From NCBI GenBank assembly GCA_965262235.1, contig OZ253504.1, positions 785,365 to 849,364 of the forward strand: a stretch of DNA of 64,000 nucleotides, read 5' to 3'. Shown one piece after another: positions 34,652-43,446 of the stretch. Source of the DNA: Dehalococcoidia bacterium. Its GTDB lineage: Bacteria > Chloroflexota > Dehalococcoidia > Bin125. The notes under the pieces were generated by a model, which was not told where the DNA came from, ran no database searches, and saw nothing but the letters and a program-made list of their open reading frames with translations. The first letter of the stretch is position 1. Each line of letters starts with the position of its first letter. A program made the position numbers and the translations under genes.

Positions 34652-34963
34652 GTGCTCAAAATTCGCCTCGCTCGACACGGGCGCAGCGGCCGGCCCTACT
34701 ACCGCGTCGTCGTCCAGGACAGCCACGTCCAGCGCGACGGCCGCTTCATCGAAATCCTCGGCCAATACGACCCCGTCGCCGACCCGGCGGTCTTCAACGT
34801 CAACCCCGAGCGCGTCACTCACTGGCTCTCCGTCGGCGCCCAGCCCACCGAGACCGTCCACCGCTTCCTCGCCAAGCAGGGCCTGATCGCCCCGCTGAAG
34901 CCCAAGCCCCGCAGCAAGCGCGCCGACGCCAAGCGCGCCGCCGCCGCCGCGAGCAACGGCTAA
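34652..34963 (+). CDS. rpsP: 30S ribosomal protein S16
   Basis: KIRLAR.G...P.YRVVV.D....RDGRFIE.LG.YDP, GAQPTETV. Confidence 0.97.
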   Translation: MLKIRLARHGRSGRPYYRVVVQDSHVQRDGRFIEILGQYDPVADPAVFNVNPERVTHWLSVGAQPTETVHRFLAKQGLIAPLKPKPRSKRADAKRAAAAASNG

Positions 34964-34969
34964 CCACTC

Positions 34970-35197
34970 ATGGAACCTCTCGTCGAATACATCACCAAGT
35001 GGCTCGTTGACGAGCCCGACGCCGTCGAAATCATCACCGAAGAGCACCCCAACCGCGTCACCATCCAGCTCCATGTGGATGAGAGCGACATGGGCCGCAT
35101 CATCGGCCGCGACGGTCGCCTCGCCACCGCCATGCGCACCCTGCTCTCGGTCGCCGGCCACGTCCGCGCCCAGGAGACCTCGCTCGAGATTCGCTGA
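34970..35197 (+). CDS. khpA: KH-domain RNA-binding protein
   Basis: DMGRIIGRDG; conserved position between rpsP and rimM. Confidence 0.9.
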   Translation: MEPLVEYITKWLVDEPDAVEIITEEHPNRVTIQLHVDESDMGRIIGRDGRLATAMRTLLSVAGHVRAQETSLEIR

Positions 35198-35760
35198 TGC
35201 CCCTGCGGCTCGGTCGTCCCTCCCGTGGCGCCCGCCGGATCGATCCCCGCCCCGGCTATCGCGCCGTCGCCATCATCGAGCGCCCCCGCGGCCTGCGCGG
35301 TGAGCTCAAGGCGTTTCCACTGACAGATTTCCCCGAGCGCCTCGACCCTGGCGCGCTCATCTACATCTCCGGCGAGCGACGCACTATCACCCGCGCGCTC
35401 TGGCACGCCGACCGCGTCTACCTGACCATCGACGGCGTCGACGACCGCGAAACGGCCGACACCTTCCGCCAGCTGCTGATCGAAATCCCCGATGTCCATC
35501 GTCCCCCCGCCCACGAGGGGCTCTATTACATCGACGACATCGAGGGCCTCAACGTCGCCACCGTCGACGGCGAACCGCTCGGCCAGGTCCGCGAAGTGCT
35601 CCGCACCGGCGCCAACGACGTCTGGATCGTCGACCGCGACGACCAGCCCGACCTCCTGATCCCCGCCCTCCTCGACATCGTCCGCAAGGTCGACCTCAGC
35701 GCCGGCATGATCACCGTCGATCTCCCCGAAGGTCTGGCGCCCAACACTTCAAGCGATTGA
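35197..35760 (+). CDS. rimM: 16S rRNA processing protein RimM
   Basis: GLRGELK..PLTDFPER, YYIDDIEGL, TGANDV, LLIPA. Confidence 0.93.
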   Translation: MPLRLGRPSRGARRIDPRPGYRAVAIIERPRGLRGELKAFPLTDFPERLDPGALIYISGERRTITRALWHADRVYLTIDGVDDRETADTFRQLLIEIPDVHRPPAHEGLYYIDDIEGLNVATVDGEPLGQVREVLRTGANDVWIVDRDDQPDLLIPALLDIVRKVDLSAGMITVDLPEGLAPNTSSD

Positions 35761-35820
35761 ATCAGCCCAATCGACCGCTGTACGCTGGCCCTCCGCTCAG
35801 GCGGAGCCGGCAGACCATGT

Positions 35821-35896
35821 GGGGATATAGCTCAGTTGGGAGAGCGCATCGTTCGCAACGATGAGGTCGGGGGTTCGAGTCCCCCTATCTCCACCA
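35821..35896 (+). tRNA. tRNA-Ala(CGC)
   Basis: GGGGATA/TATCTCC acceptor with G3-U70, CATCG-TTCGCAA-CGATG, CCA. Confidence 0.95.
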
Positions 35897-35948
35897 CCAC
35901 CCGCTCTCGGCGCTGAGCGGGGCACGAAGTCGGGATCCCACCGCTACG

Positions 35949-36050
35949 CACGCTCTGAATAACTCTCCCCCCGCCCCGCTTCCCGCGCCCCGCTCCATTC
36001 CCCTCTCCCCCCGCTCTGCGGGGGGAGATGCCGCAGGCAGAGGGGGGCCC
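35949..36050. repeat. REP/MITE-like element (GNA-hairpin family)
   Basis: CTCTGAATAACTC end; CCCTCTCCCCCCGCTCTGCGGGGGGAGATGCCGCAGGCAGAGGGGGG. Confidence 0.75.
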
Positions 36051-36147
36051 TCCTCCCAGTACCATGGCGCCAGCGCGGCTCCCCCGCGTCGCCCCAGTCG
36101 GATATGTTCCAACCACGCCGCAGCAGCCCCGTCCGCTGGATCACACC

Positions 36148-36885
36148 GTGAATGCCGAACGACTCCCCGGCCGCCTCATCGTCGTCGAAGGCATCGACGG
36201 CTCCGGCAAGAGCACCCAGCTCGACCTGCTCCACAAGTGGCTCCGCAGCGAGGGCTACGCGACCGTCTTCACTGAGTGGAATTCGTCGCCGATCGTGCGC
36301 GGCACCACCCGCCGCGGCAAGCGTCGCAAGCTGCTCACGCCGATGTCCTTCAGCCTCATCCACGCCGCCGACTTCGCCTCGCGCACCTACCGCGAAATCC
36401 GCCCCGCCCTGCAGGCCGGCGTGATCGTCCTCGCCGACCGCTACTTCTACACCGCCTTTGCCCGTGACGCCGCACGCGGGGTCAACCGCGCCTGGCTGCG
36501 CGACCTCTACAGCTTCGCCATCCCCACCAACCTCGCCTTCTACTTCGATGTCCCGCTCGAAGAGTCGATCACCCGCATCTCCCGCGGACGCACCTCCCTC
36601 AAGTACTACGAGGCCGGCCTCGACATGGGCTTTGCCAAAGAACCGGTCGAATCGTTCCGCAAGTTCCAGGGCCGCATCCTCAAGGAATACGACGCCCTCT
36701 GTGAGGAGTTCGACATCACCCGCATCGATGCCACCCTCCCGCTCACCGAGCAGCAGGAGCAACTACGCGAGCTCGTCGCCGTTCAGCTTGTCGGCGTCCC
36801 CCGCGCCCCGCGCAACGAAATCAACGACCTGCTCCAGAAAACCGGCCTCGGCGGACACTACCTCGCCAACGCCCCCCGATCCTGA
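36148..36885 (+). CDS. tmk: Thymidylate kinase-like protein 1
   Basis: IVVEGIDGSGKSTQ, ADRY; GTG start 36148. Confidence 0.8.
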   Translation: MNAERLPGRLIVVEGIDGSGKSTQLDLLHKWLRSEGYATVFTEWNSSPIVRGTTRRGKRRKLLTPMSFSLIHAADFASRTYREIRPALQAGVIVLADRYFYTAFARDAARGVNRAWLRDLYSFAIPTNLAFYFDVPLEESITRISRGRTSLKYYEAGLDMGFAKEPVESFRKFQGRILKEYDALCEEFDITRIDATLPLTEQQEQLRELVAVQLVGVPRAPRNEINDLLQKTGLGGHYLANAPRS

Positions 36886-36895
36886 ACAACCCCGC

Positions 36896-37229
36896 ATGAC
36901 CGACCTCCGCTTCTACGGCGATCCCGGTGGAAGACACACAGTCTTCCACCGAATTCGACTCCCCCGTTCGTTCTCGGTCACACCGGTCCCAACCGGTCGG
37001 CTCCAGCGCCACCAGCTCGCCAACCGCACATCGTGGAGCAACCCACGATGACCGACCTCCGCTTCTATGGCGATCCCGGTGGAAGACACACAGTCTTCCA
37101 CCGAATTCGACTCCCCCGTTCGTTCTCGGTCACACCGGTCCCAACCGGTCGGCTCCAGCGCCACCAGCTCGCCAACCGCACATCGTGGAGCAACCCACGA
37201 TGACCGACCTCCGCTTCTATGGCGATCCC
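36896..37229. repeat. 152-bp tandem repeat (about 2.2 copies) triplicating the start of the second kinase gene
   Basis: ATGACCGACCTCCGCTTCTAYGGCGATCCC at 36896, 37048 and 37200; hairpin CGGTGGAAGAC-ACACA-GTCTTCCACCG in each unit. Confidence 0.9.
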
Positions 37230-37895
37230 CCCGCCGGCCTCACCGACGAAGCACTCCCCGGCCGCCTGATCGTCATCGAAGGCACCGACGGCGTCGGGCG
37301 TTCCACCATGATCGCGCTGCTCAAAGAGTGGCTCGAAACCTCAGGCTTCGCCGTCGTCGACAGCGGCCTGACCCGCTCGCCGCTCGTCGGCCCCGGGATC
37401 GAGCGCGCCAAGCGCGGCCACGTGCTCGACCCCATCACCCTCAACCTCTTCTACGCCACCGACTTCTGGGACCGCTTCGAGCGCATCATCCTGCCCGCCC
37501 TGCGCGCCGGCATGGTCGCCCTCGTCGACCGCTACATCTTCTCCCTCATCGCCCGCGGCAACGTCCGCGGCACCTCCCGCGAGTGGCTCGAGCACGTCTA
37601 CTCCTTCGCCCTCGTGCCCGACACGACCATCTACCTCGACATCGATGTCGAGCAGCTCCTACCCCGCGTCACCGAGCGCGGCTTCGACTACTGGGAGTCC
37701 GGCGGCGACTACCTGCAAGGCCTCAGCGTCTACGACGCCTTCGTCCAGCATCAGCACGCGATGCTCGAAGAGTTCCGCGCCATGGCCGACCGCTACGACT
37801 TCCAAATCGTCGACGCCCGCCGCTCCGCCGACGCCGTCTTCGAAGACATCCGCGCCCACGTCGACCGCGTCATGGCCGACATCCCCCGCTCCTAA
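37200..37895 (+). CDS. Thymidylate kinase-like protein 2 (variant P-loop)
   Basis: IVIEGTDGVGRST, VDRY. Confidence 0.8.
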   Translation: MTDLRFYGDPPAGLTDEALPGRLIVIEGTDGVGRSTMIALLKEWLETSGFAVVDSGLTRSPLVGPGIERAKRGHVLDPITLNLFYATDFWDRFERIILPALRAGMVALVDRYIFSLIARGNVRGTSREWLEHVYSFALVPDTTIYLDIDVEQLLPRVTERGFDYWESGGDYLQGLSVYDAFVQHQHAMLEEFRAMADRYDFQIVDARRSADAVFEDIRAHVDRVMADIPRS

Positions 37896-38010
37896 GCAAC
37901 CTCTGAACAAGTCGGATTCCATCTCTCCCCCCGCAGAGCGGGGGGAGATGTCACGGAGTGACAGAGGGGGGCCGCCCTGCTGAGCCAGATACAGCGACGC
38001 CGGTGATTTG
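37895..38010. repeat. REP/MITE-like element starting at a stop codon
   Basis: AGCAACCTCTGAACAA end; GTCACGGAGTGAC hairpin; GCCAGATACAGC spacer. Confidence 0.75.
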
Positions 38011-38068
38011 ATCCTCAACACAGTTGCTCTGCCTCCCGCAGCTCCAGCTCCCAAATCGCTCACCCCGA

Positions 38069-38245
38069 GGAGACCTGCGCGTAATCTCCATTTCCCCTCT
38101 CCCCCCGCGGAGCGGGGGGAGATGCCGCAGGCAGAGGGGGGCTCCGGCGCGCCCTCACCACATAGCGGAAGCTCCCCACCGTCACTTCGTGACACCGCCA
38201 CCGCCAGGGAAGGTCGGAGCAGTGGGACTTACGCACAGGTCTCCC
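38069..38245. mobile_element. MITE-like element with 16-bp TIRs carrying a REP hairpin
   Basis: GGAGACCTGCGCGTAA ... TTACGCACAGGTCTCC. Confidence 0.7.
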
Positions 38246-38483
38246 GAGGGGGAGCTGTCGCGCAGCCACTGAGCGGGAGGCTCCCAACGCCGCCACCACG
38301 GGGGCCACACGCACTCCTCCTCCGCCTTCGGCAGCTCCAACTCCCAAATCGCTCACCCCCGAACGACGCACGAAGCGTCGTTCGGAATCCCCCGCTGTCA
38401 GCCCTCCAACGCATCGACCGTCCGCCGACGCCTGCCCCACCGCACCCCCAAACCCCGATCCCTCTGCATGGTGTCCGAACCGT

Positions 38484-38546
38484 GCCAAGGTAGCTCAGTC
38501 GGTAGAGCACACGACTGAAAATCGTGGTGTCGGCAGTTCGATTCTG
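38484..38546 (+). pseudogene. 3'-truncated tRNA-Phe(GAA) copy 1
   Basis: Identical to the intact gene up to GTTCGATTCTG; 3' acceptor strand absent. Confidence 0.9.
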
Positions 38547-38691
38547 GCTCCCGAACGACACATTGAGTGTCGTTCGGAATCCCCCGCTACCAGCCCTCCA
38601 ACACATCCACCATCCGCCGCGGCCTACCCCACCGCATCCCCCACCCCATCGCTCCCCAAACCCCGATCCCTCTGTACACTGTCCAAACCCT

Positions 38692-38755
38692 GCCAAGGTA
38701 GCTCGATCGGTAGAGCACACGACTGAAAATCTTGGTGTCGGCAGTTCGATTCTGC
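38692..38755 (+). pseudogene. 3'-truncated tRNA-Phe(GAA) copy 2
   Basis: As copy 1, with D-loop and anticodon-stem substitutions. Confidence 0.9.
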
Positions 38756-38911
38756 TCCCCCGAACGACGCACAAAGCGTCGTTCGGAATCCCCCGATGCC
38801 AGCACCCCATCGCATCAACCGTTCTCCCGACTCACAACCCGACTCACAACGCGTCGTCCCGCCCCATCCCGCTCCCCAAACCCCGATCCCTCTGTATGCT
38901 GTCCAAACCCT

Positions 38912-38987
38912 GCCAAGGTAGCTCAGTCGGTAGAGCACACGACTGAAAATCGTGGTGTCGGCAGTTCGATTCTGCCCCTTGGCACCA
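38912..38987 (+). tRNA. tRNA-Phe(GAA)
   Basis: GCCAAGG/CCTTGGC acceptor, CACGA-CTGAAAA-TCGTG, CCA. Confidence 0.96.
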
Positions 38988-39068
38988 CGCTCCCCACATT
39001 GAGTGGGGAGCGTAATTCGGTCCCTTGAATGGGAAACGTAATCCGGTCCCCACGTCTCCCCCTCCCCC

Positions 39069-42023
39069 CTACCCCAACCCCTCCGCCAACCACTCCACCA
39101 CATGCCGCGGACGCGCCGCCGTGAAGTGCCCGATCTGCTGCCGACACGACACCCCCGTAATCGCCACCGGCGTCTCTCCAGCCGCGCGAATCGCCGGGAA
39201 CAGCCGCAGCTCCCCCATCGCCTGCGACATCTCATAGTGCTCAGCCTCGAACCCGAACGACCCCGCCATCCCGCAGCACCCTGAATCGATCAGCTCCGCC
39301 GCATAGCCCCCCGCCCGCAACACCGCCAGCGTCTGCCCGAACCCCGCCAGCGCCTTCTGATGACAGTGCGCATGCACCAACAGCGACCCGCGCTGATCAT
39401 CTGAGAAGATCTCCGGCGCTCCCGCCACCGCAAGCTCCCGCACCAGCCACTCATCGAACAGCAGCGCCCGACTTGCCACGCTCCGCGACGCGTCATCCCG
39501 CAACAGCAGCGGATACTCATCCCGCAGCGTCAACAGGCACGAAGGCTCCAGCCCCACGATCGCCACGCCATCCCCGGCATACTCCGCCAGCGCCGCCACG
39601 TTCACCCGCGCCAACTCCCGAGCCTCGTCGAGCAACCCTTTCGAAATCGACGGCCGCCCGCAGCAGCCCGTCCGCTCGACCAGCACGACGCGGTACCCTA
39701 GCGCCTCGACAATCCGCGTCGCCGCCATCCCGACCTCCGGATGGAAGTGATTCGTGAACGTGTCAATAAACAGCACCACCCGACCCCGCGTCGCCACAGG
39801 CGCGCGCCGCCGCCCGAACCACTGCTCAAACGTCCGACCCGCGAACCGCGGCAGCGGACGCTCCCGATGCACGCCCGCCCGATGCAGCAGCGGCCGCACG
39901 CCCGGCAGCTGCGAAGCCGCGTTCGCCAGCCACGGCGCCACGCTCCCCGCCTGCGCCAGCCTCGCGATATTCGCGAACGCCCGATCGCGCAGCGGCGCCC
40001 CATGCTCCCGCTGACGATGCCACAGCACCTCGTACTTCAGCTTCGCCAGATCCACGCCCGAGGGACACTCCGCCTTGCACGCCTTGCACTCCACGCACAG
40101 ATCCAGCGCCTCATGCAGCCGGTCGCCAGCCAGCTCCTCGACCGGCAGCGCCCCGTTCAGAATCTGCCGCAGCAGATTCGCGCGGCCCCGCGTCGAGTGC
40201 TCCTCATCCTGCGTCACCTGGAACGACGGACACATTCCCCCATCAAACTTCCGGCACGCCCCCTGCCCGTTGCACAGCTCCGCCGCCCGCGCCAGTCCGC
40301 CCTCCGACGTGAAATCCAGCCCCTGCGGCGGCGCAACGTTGACCGTCGCCGGACTCAGCCGCAGATTGTCGGAGAAGTCCGGCGTGTCGACGATCTTGCC
40401 CGGATTGAACAGCCCGTCCGGATCGAACAGCCGCTTCGTCTCGCGGAACGCCTCCACCATCCGCGCTCCGAACATCTTCTCGATGAACGCCCCCCGCACG
40501 ATCCCGTCGCCATGCTCGCCGCTCAGGCTCCCCCCGAATTCCACGACCAGCTCCGCGATCTCCTCCGCCAGCTGCTCCGTCTCCTCCAGCCCGCGCGGGT
40601 CCTTCACATTCACGATCGGACGGATGTGCAGACAGCCCGCCGCCGCGTGCCCGTAGTAGCCCGCTCGAAGCCCCCGCGCCCGAATTGCCGCGTCGAACCG
40701 CGCCACAAACTCCGGCAGACTCTCCGGTGGGACCGCCGTGTCCTCCACGAACGCCACCGGCTTCGCATCGCCGTGCATCGACATCAGCAGGCCCAACCCC
40801 GCCTGACGCATCTGCCACATCCGCGCCTGCGCCGACGCATCAACCTCCACGACCGTCGCATAGCCCATCCCGCGCGCCGACAGGTCCGCCGTGATCGCAT
40901 CGAGCTGCTCGTGCAGCGCCGCGTCACTCTCCGCGAAGCACTCGATCAGCAGGATCGCGCCGGGCTCGCCAACCACGAAGTCGGCCAGCGGTGCATACCC
41001 CACGCTGCTCCGACACCGCTCCACGATCACCGCATCGATCAGCTCGACCGCCGCCGGCGCGAACGCGTTCGCCGCCACCGTCGCCTCCGCCGCCTGCACC
41101 AGCGTGTGGAAGTGCACCGCCGCAATCCCCCGCCGCCTCGGCAACGCTGCCAGCTGCACCGTCGCCGATGTCACCACGGCCAGTGTCCCCTCCGACCCCA
41201 CCACTAGCTGCGCCAGATTCACCGCATCCGGGTCCAGCAGCGCATCCAGGTTGTAGCCCGACACCCGCCGCGGAATATCGGGAAACCGCGCGGCGATCTC
41301 CCCCCGCTCCCGCTCCGCCAGCTCGCGCAGCGAGCGATACAGCGACCCTTCGCGGTCCCCTCGGTCCATCAGCGCCCGCAGTTCAACCCCCTCGCGACGC
41401 GAAAACTCCAGCGCGCTCCCATCAGCCAGCGCCACATCGACCGAATCCACCACATCGACCGTCTTGCCGTACAACCCCGAATGCGTCCCGCACGAATTGT
41501 TGCCAATTCCCCCGCCGATCGTCGCCCGGTTCGCCGTCGACGGGTCAATCGGATAGTGCAGCCCAAACTCCCGGGCCGCCCGGTTCAGTTGCGCCAGCAC
41601 CACCCCCGGCTGCACCCGCGCAATCCGGCGCTCCGCATCGATCTCGTGAATCCCCGCCATATGCCGCGTGAAATCCAGCACCACCGCGTGATTCACGCCC
41701 TGGCCCGCCAGACTCGTCCCGCCCCCGCGCGGCAGGACCGGCACCCCGTGGCGCGACGCCACCTCGATCGCGGCCGCGACATCCTCCGCCCGCCGCGGAA
41801 ACACCACCGCGACCGGCTCCATCTCATACAACGACGCGTCAGTCGCGTAGAGCAACCGCGACGGACGGTCGATCAGCACATCAGGCTCACCCGTCAGCGC
41901 CGCACCGAGATCGTCCGACAGCCGCCGCAGCGAGGACGGCCCATCACGCAGCAGCTCGCGCGCCCGCTCGACGCTCGCGTAGCGCGAACGCCCCGTCCCC
42001 TCCACCACGCCGCGAATCGTCAT
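39069..42023 (-). CDS. FAD-binding / 4Fe-4S / CCG-domain oxidoreductase (YdiJ/GlcDF-like)
   Basis: PRGGGTSLAGQ, GSEGTL, SGEHGDG, CNGQGAC, CVECKACKAECP, CCG motifs. Confidence 0.9.
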   Translation of the reverse strand: MTIRGVVEGTGRSRYASVERARELLRDGPSSLRRLSDDLGAALTGEPDVLIDRPSRLLYATDASLYEMEPVAVVFPRRAEDVAAAIEVASRHGVPVLPRGGGTSLAGQGVNHAVVLDFTRHMAGIHEIDAERRIARVQPGVVLAQLNRAAREFGLHYPIDPSTANRATIGGGIGNNSCGTHSGLYGKTVDVVDSVDVALADGSALEFSRREGVELRALMDRGDREGSLYRSLRELAERERGEIAARFPDIPRRVSGYNLDALLDPDAVNLAQLVVGSEGTLAVVTSATVQLAALPRRRGIAAVHFHTLVQAAEATVAANAFAPAAVELIDAVIVERCRSSVGYAPLADFVVGEPGAILLIECFAESDAALHEQLDAITADLSARGMGYATVVEVDASAQARMWQMRQAGLGLLMSMHGDAKPVAFVEDTAVPPESLPEFVARFDAAIRARGLRAGYYGHAAAGCLHIRPIVNVKDPRGLEETEQLAEEIAELVVEFGGSLSGEHGDGIVRGAFIEKMFGARMVEAFRETKRLFDPDGLFNPGKIVDTPDFSDNLRLSPATVNVAPPQGLDFTSEGGLARAAELCNGQGACRKFDGGMCPSFQVTQDEEHSTRGRANLLRQILNGALPVEELAGDRLHEALDLCVECKACKAECPSGVDLAKLKYEVLWHRQREHGAPLRDRAFANIARLAQAGSVAPWLANAASQLPGVRPLLHRAGVHRERPLPRFAGRTFEQWFGRRRAPVATRGRVVLFIDTFTNHFHPEVGMAATRIVEALGYRVVLVERTGCCGRPSISKGLLDEARELARVNVAALAEYAGDGVAIVGLEPSCLLTLRDEYPLLLRDDASRSVASRALLFDEWLVRELAVAGAPEIFSDDQRGSLLVHAHCHQKALAGFGQTLAVLRAGGYAAELIDSGCCGMAGSFGFEAEHYEMSQAMGELRLFPAIRAAGETPVAITGVSCRQQIGHFTAARPRHVVEWLAEGLG

Positions 42024-42634
42024 GCCCGCAGGCTATCCCTCACGACATCCACGATCGCCCGCGCCGCCAACCCCGGCTGATCCGCGCTCAGGATGCCCGC
42101 CCGCACCGCCACCCCCCACGCCCCCGCGAGGATCGCATCCCCCGCATTCTCCCGCGTGATCCCCCCAATCGCGTAGCACGAAATCGGCGCCAGAGCCTCC
42201 ACCATCACCCGCAGATGCTCCAGCCCATCACCCCGATGCCCCGGCTTGGAAGAGGTGGGGAAGATCGTCCCGACCACCGCGTAATCAACCCCGTCCCCCA
42301 CCGCCACCCGCGCCTCATCCGCGTCATGCACCGACCGTCCCAACGGCCGCGGATCGTCACCCCGACGCATCGCAACCGCTGGCAGATGTAACCCCACGCC
42401 CAAGGCCGTAGCCACCGCCACCCGATCGTTCACCGCCATCACCGCCCCCGCCCCCAGCGCCGCCAACACCTCAGTCGCCAACGCCAGCAGCTCCTCGTCG
42501 CCCAAGTCCTTCTCCCGTAGCTGCACAAACACCTCCCCGTCGAGCGCATCCGAGACCCCCCTCGCCACCGCGCTCAACGACCGCCCCCGCGTCACCGACC
42601 GATCCGTCACCAACATCAGCCGCGGCAGGCTCAC
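42020..42634 (-). CDS. Thiamine phosphate synthase-like protein (ThiE/TenI)
   Basis: VQLREKD, VNDRV, GRSVH, IFPTSSKPG, AIGGIT; GTGA overlap with the permease. Confidence 0.8.
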   Translation of the reverse strand: MSLPRLMLVTDRSVTRGRSLSAVARGVSDALDGEVFVQLREKDLGDEELLALATEVLAALGAGAVMAVNDRVAVATALGVGLHLPAVAMRRGDDPRPLGRSVHDADEARVAVGDGVDYAVVGTIFPTSSKPGHRGDGLEHLRVMVEALAPISCYAIGGITRENAGDAILAGAWGVAVRAGILSADQPGLAARAIVDVVRDSLRA

Positions 42635-43446
42635 GACTCCCGCCTCGCGAACCGCCACGGAATCAGCCGACGCTCCAGCAGCACGACCGACAAAAACAGC
42701 AGATACGACAGCGCCGCCGTCACAAAGATCGCCCCGAAGACCAGATCAGTGCGAAACGAGAGCCGCGACAGCTCAAGAAAAATCCCCAACCCGTCCGTCG
42801 CCCCGGCCAGCTCCCCGAAGATCGCCCCCAGCACCGCGTAGATCGCCGCAATCCGCAGCCCCACGAACAGGTCCGGCAACGCCGCGGGGATCTTCACGTA
42901 GCGATACAACTGCCAGCGCGACGCCCCAAACGTCCGCATCAGATGCAGCGCCGACCGGTCGGTCGCAGCCAGCCCCGCCGCGAATCCCAGCACGATCGGC
43001 ACGAACGTGAACAGCCCGATCACGATGATCTTCGGCAGGATCCCAAAGCCAAACCAGATGATCATCAGCGGCGCCACGACCGGAACCGGCACGGTCTGCG
43101 ACGCGACGACCAGCGGGTACACCGCGCGCCGCAGCATCGGCGACAGGTCGATCAGCAGCCCCAACGCCAGCGCGAACGTGATGCTGATCGCAAACCCCGC
43201 CCCCACCTCCGACATCGTCACCAGCGCATGCGCCCCAATCGTCTCGGCGTCCTCAATGCTCTCGCGAATGATTCGAATCGGACCCGGCAGCACCTGCGGA
43301 CGGATGTCGCTGAGCCACACGAACACCTGCCAGCCAACCAGCGCAGACGTGGTCAACAGCACCGGCGCCGCCACCGCCGCCGCCAGGCTCAACGGGCCAC
43401 GCCTCCAGCGTTCATGCCAGCGCTCCTTTTCGCCCGTGCGGATCAT
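42631..43446 (-). CDS. ABC transporter permease (ThiX-like)
   Basis: Multiple TM segments; QTVP..VAP..IIWFGFG..PK. Confidence 0.85.
   Translation of the reverse strand: MIRTGEKERWHERWRRGPLSLAAAVAAPVLLTTSALVGWQVFVWLSDIRPQVLPGPIRIIRESIEDAETIGAHALVTMSEVGAGFAISITFALALGLLIDLSPMLRRAVYPLVVASQTVPVPVVAPLMIIWFGFGILPKIIVIGLFTFVPIVLGFAAGLAATDRSALHLMRTFGASRWQLYRYVKIPAALPDLFVGLRIAAIYAVLGAIFGELAGATDGLGIFLELSRLSFRTDLVFGAIFVTAALSYLLFLSVVLLERRLIPWRFARRES

Larger units (their letters stand above)
38359..38987 (+). repeat. Three diverged ~200-bp units: hairpin, spacer, -10 box, tRNA-Phe
   Basis: CCGAACGAC..GTCGTTCGGAATCCCCC at 38359, 38551 and 38760; tRNA-Phe 5' ends at 38484, 38692 and 38912. Confidence 0.9.

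Noticed and set aside
36028-37199. N-terminal extensions of the two kinase ORFs (and of ORF 18816-20372)
   Set aside because: Extensions translate repeat DNA; starts reset to 36148, 37200 and 20186
38359-38800. Palindromic repeats as a CRISPR array
   Set aside because: The period is ~200 bp and the intervening sequences are homologous to each other and contain tRNA fragments
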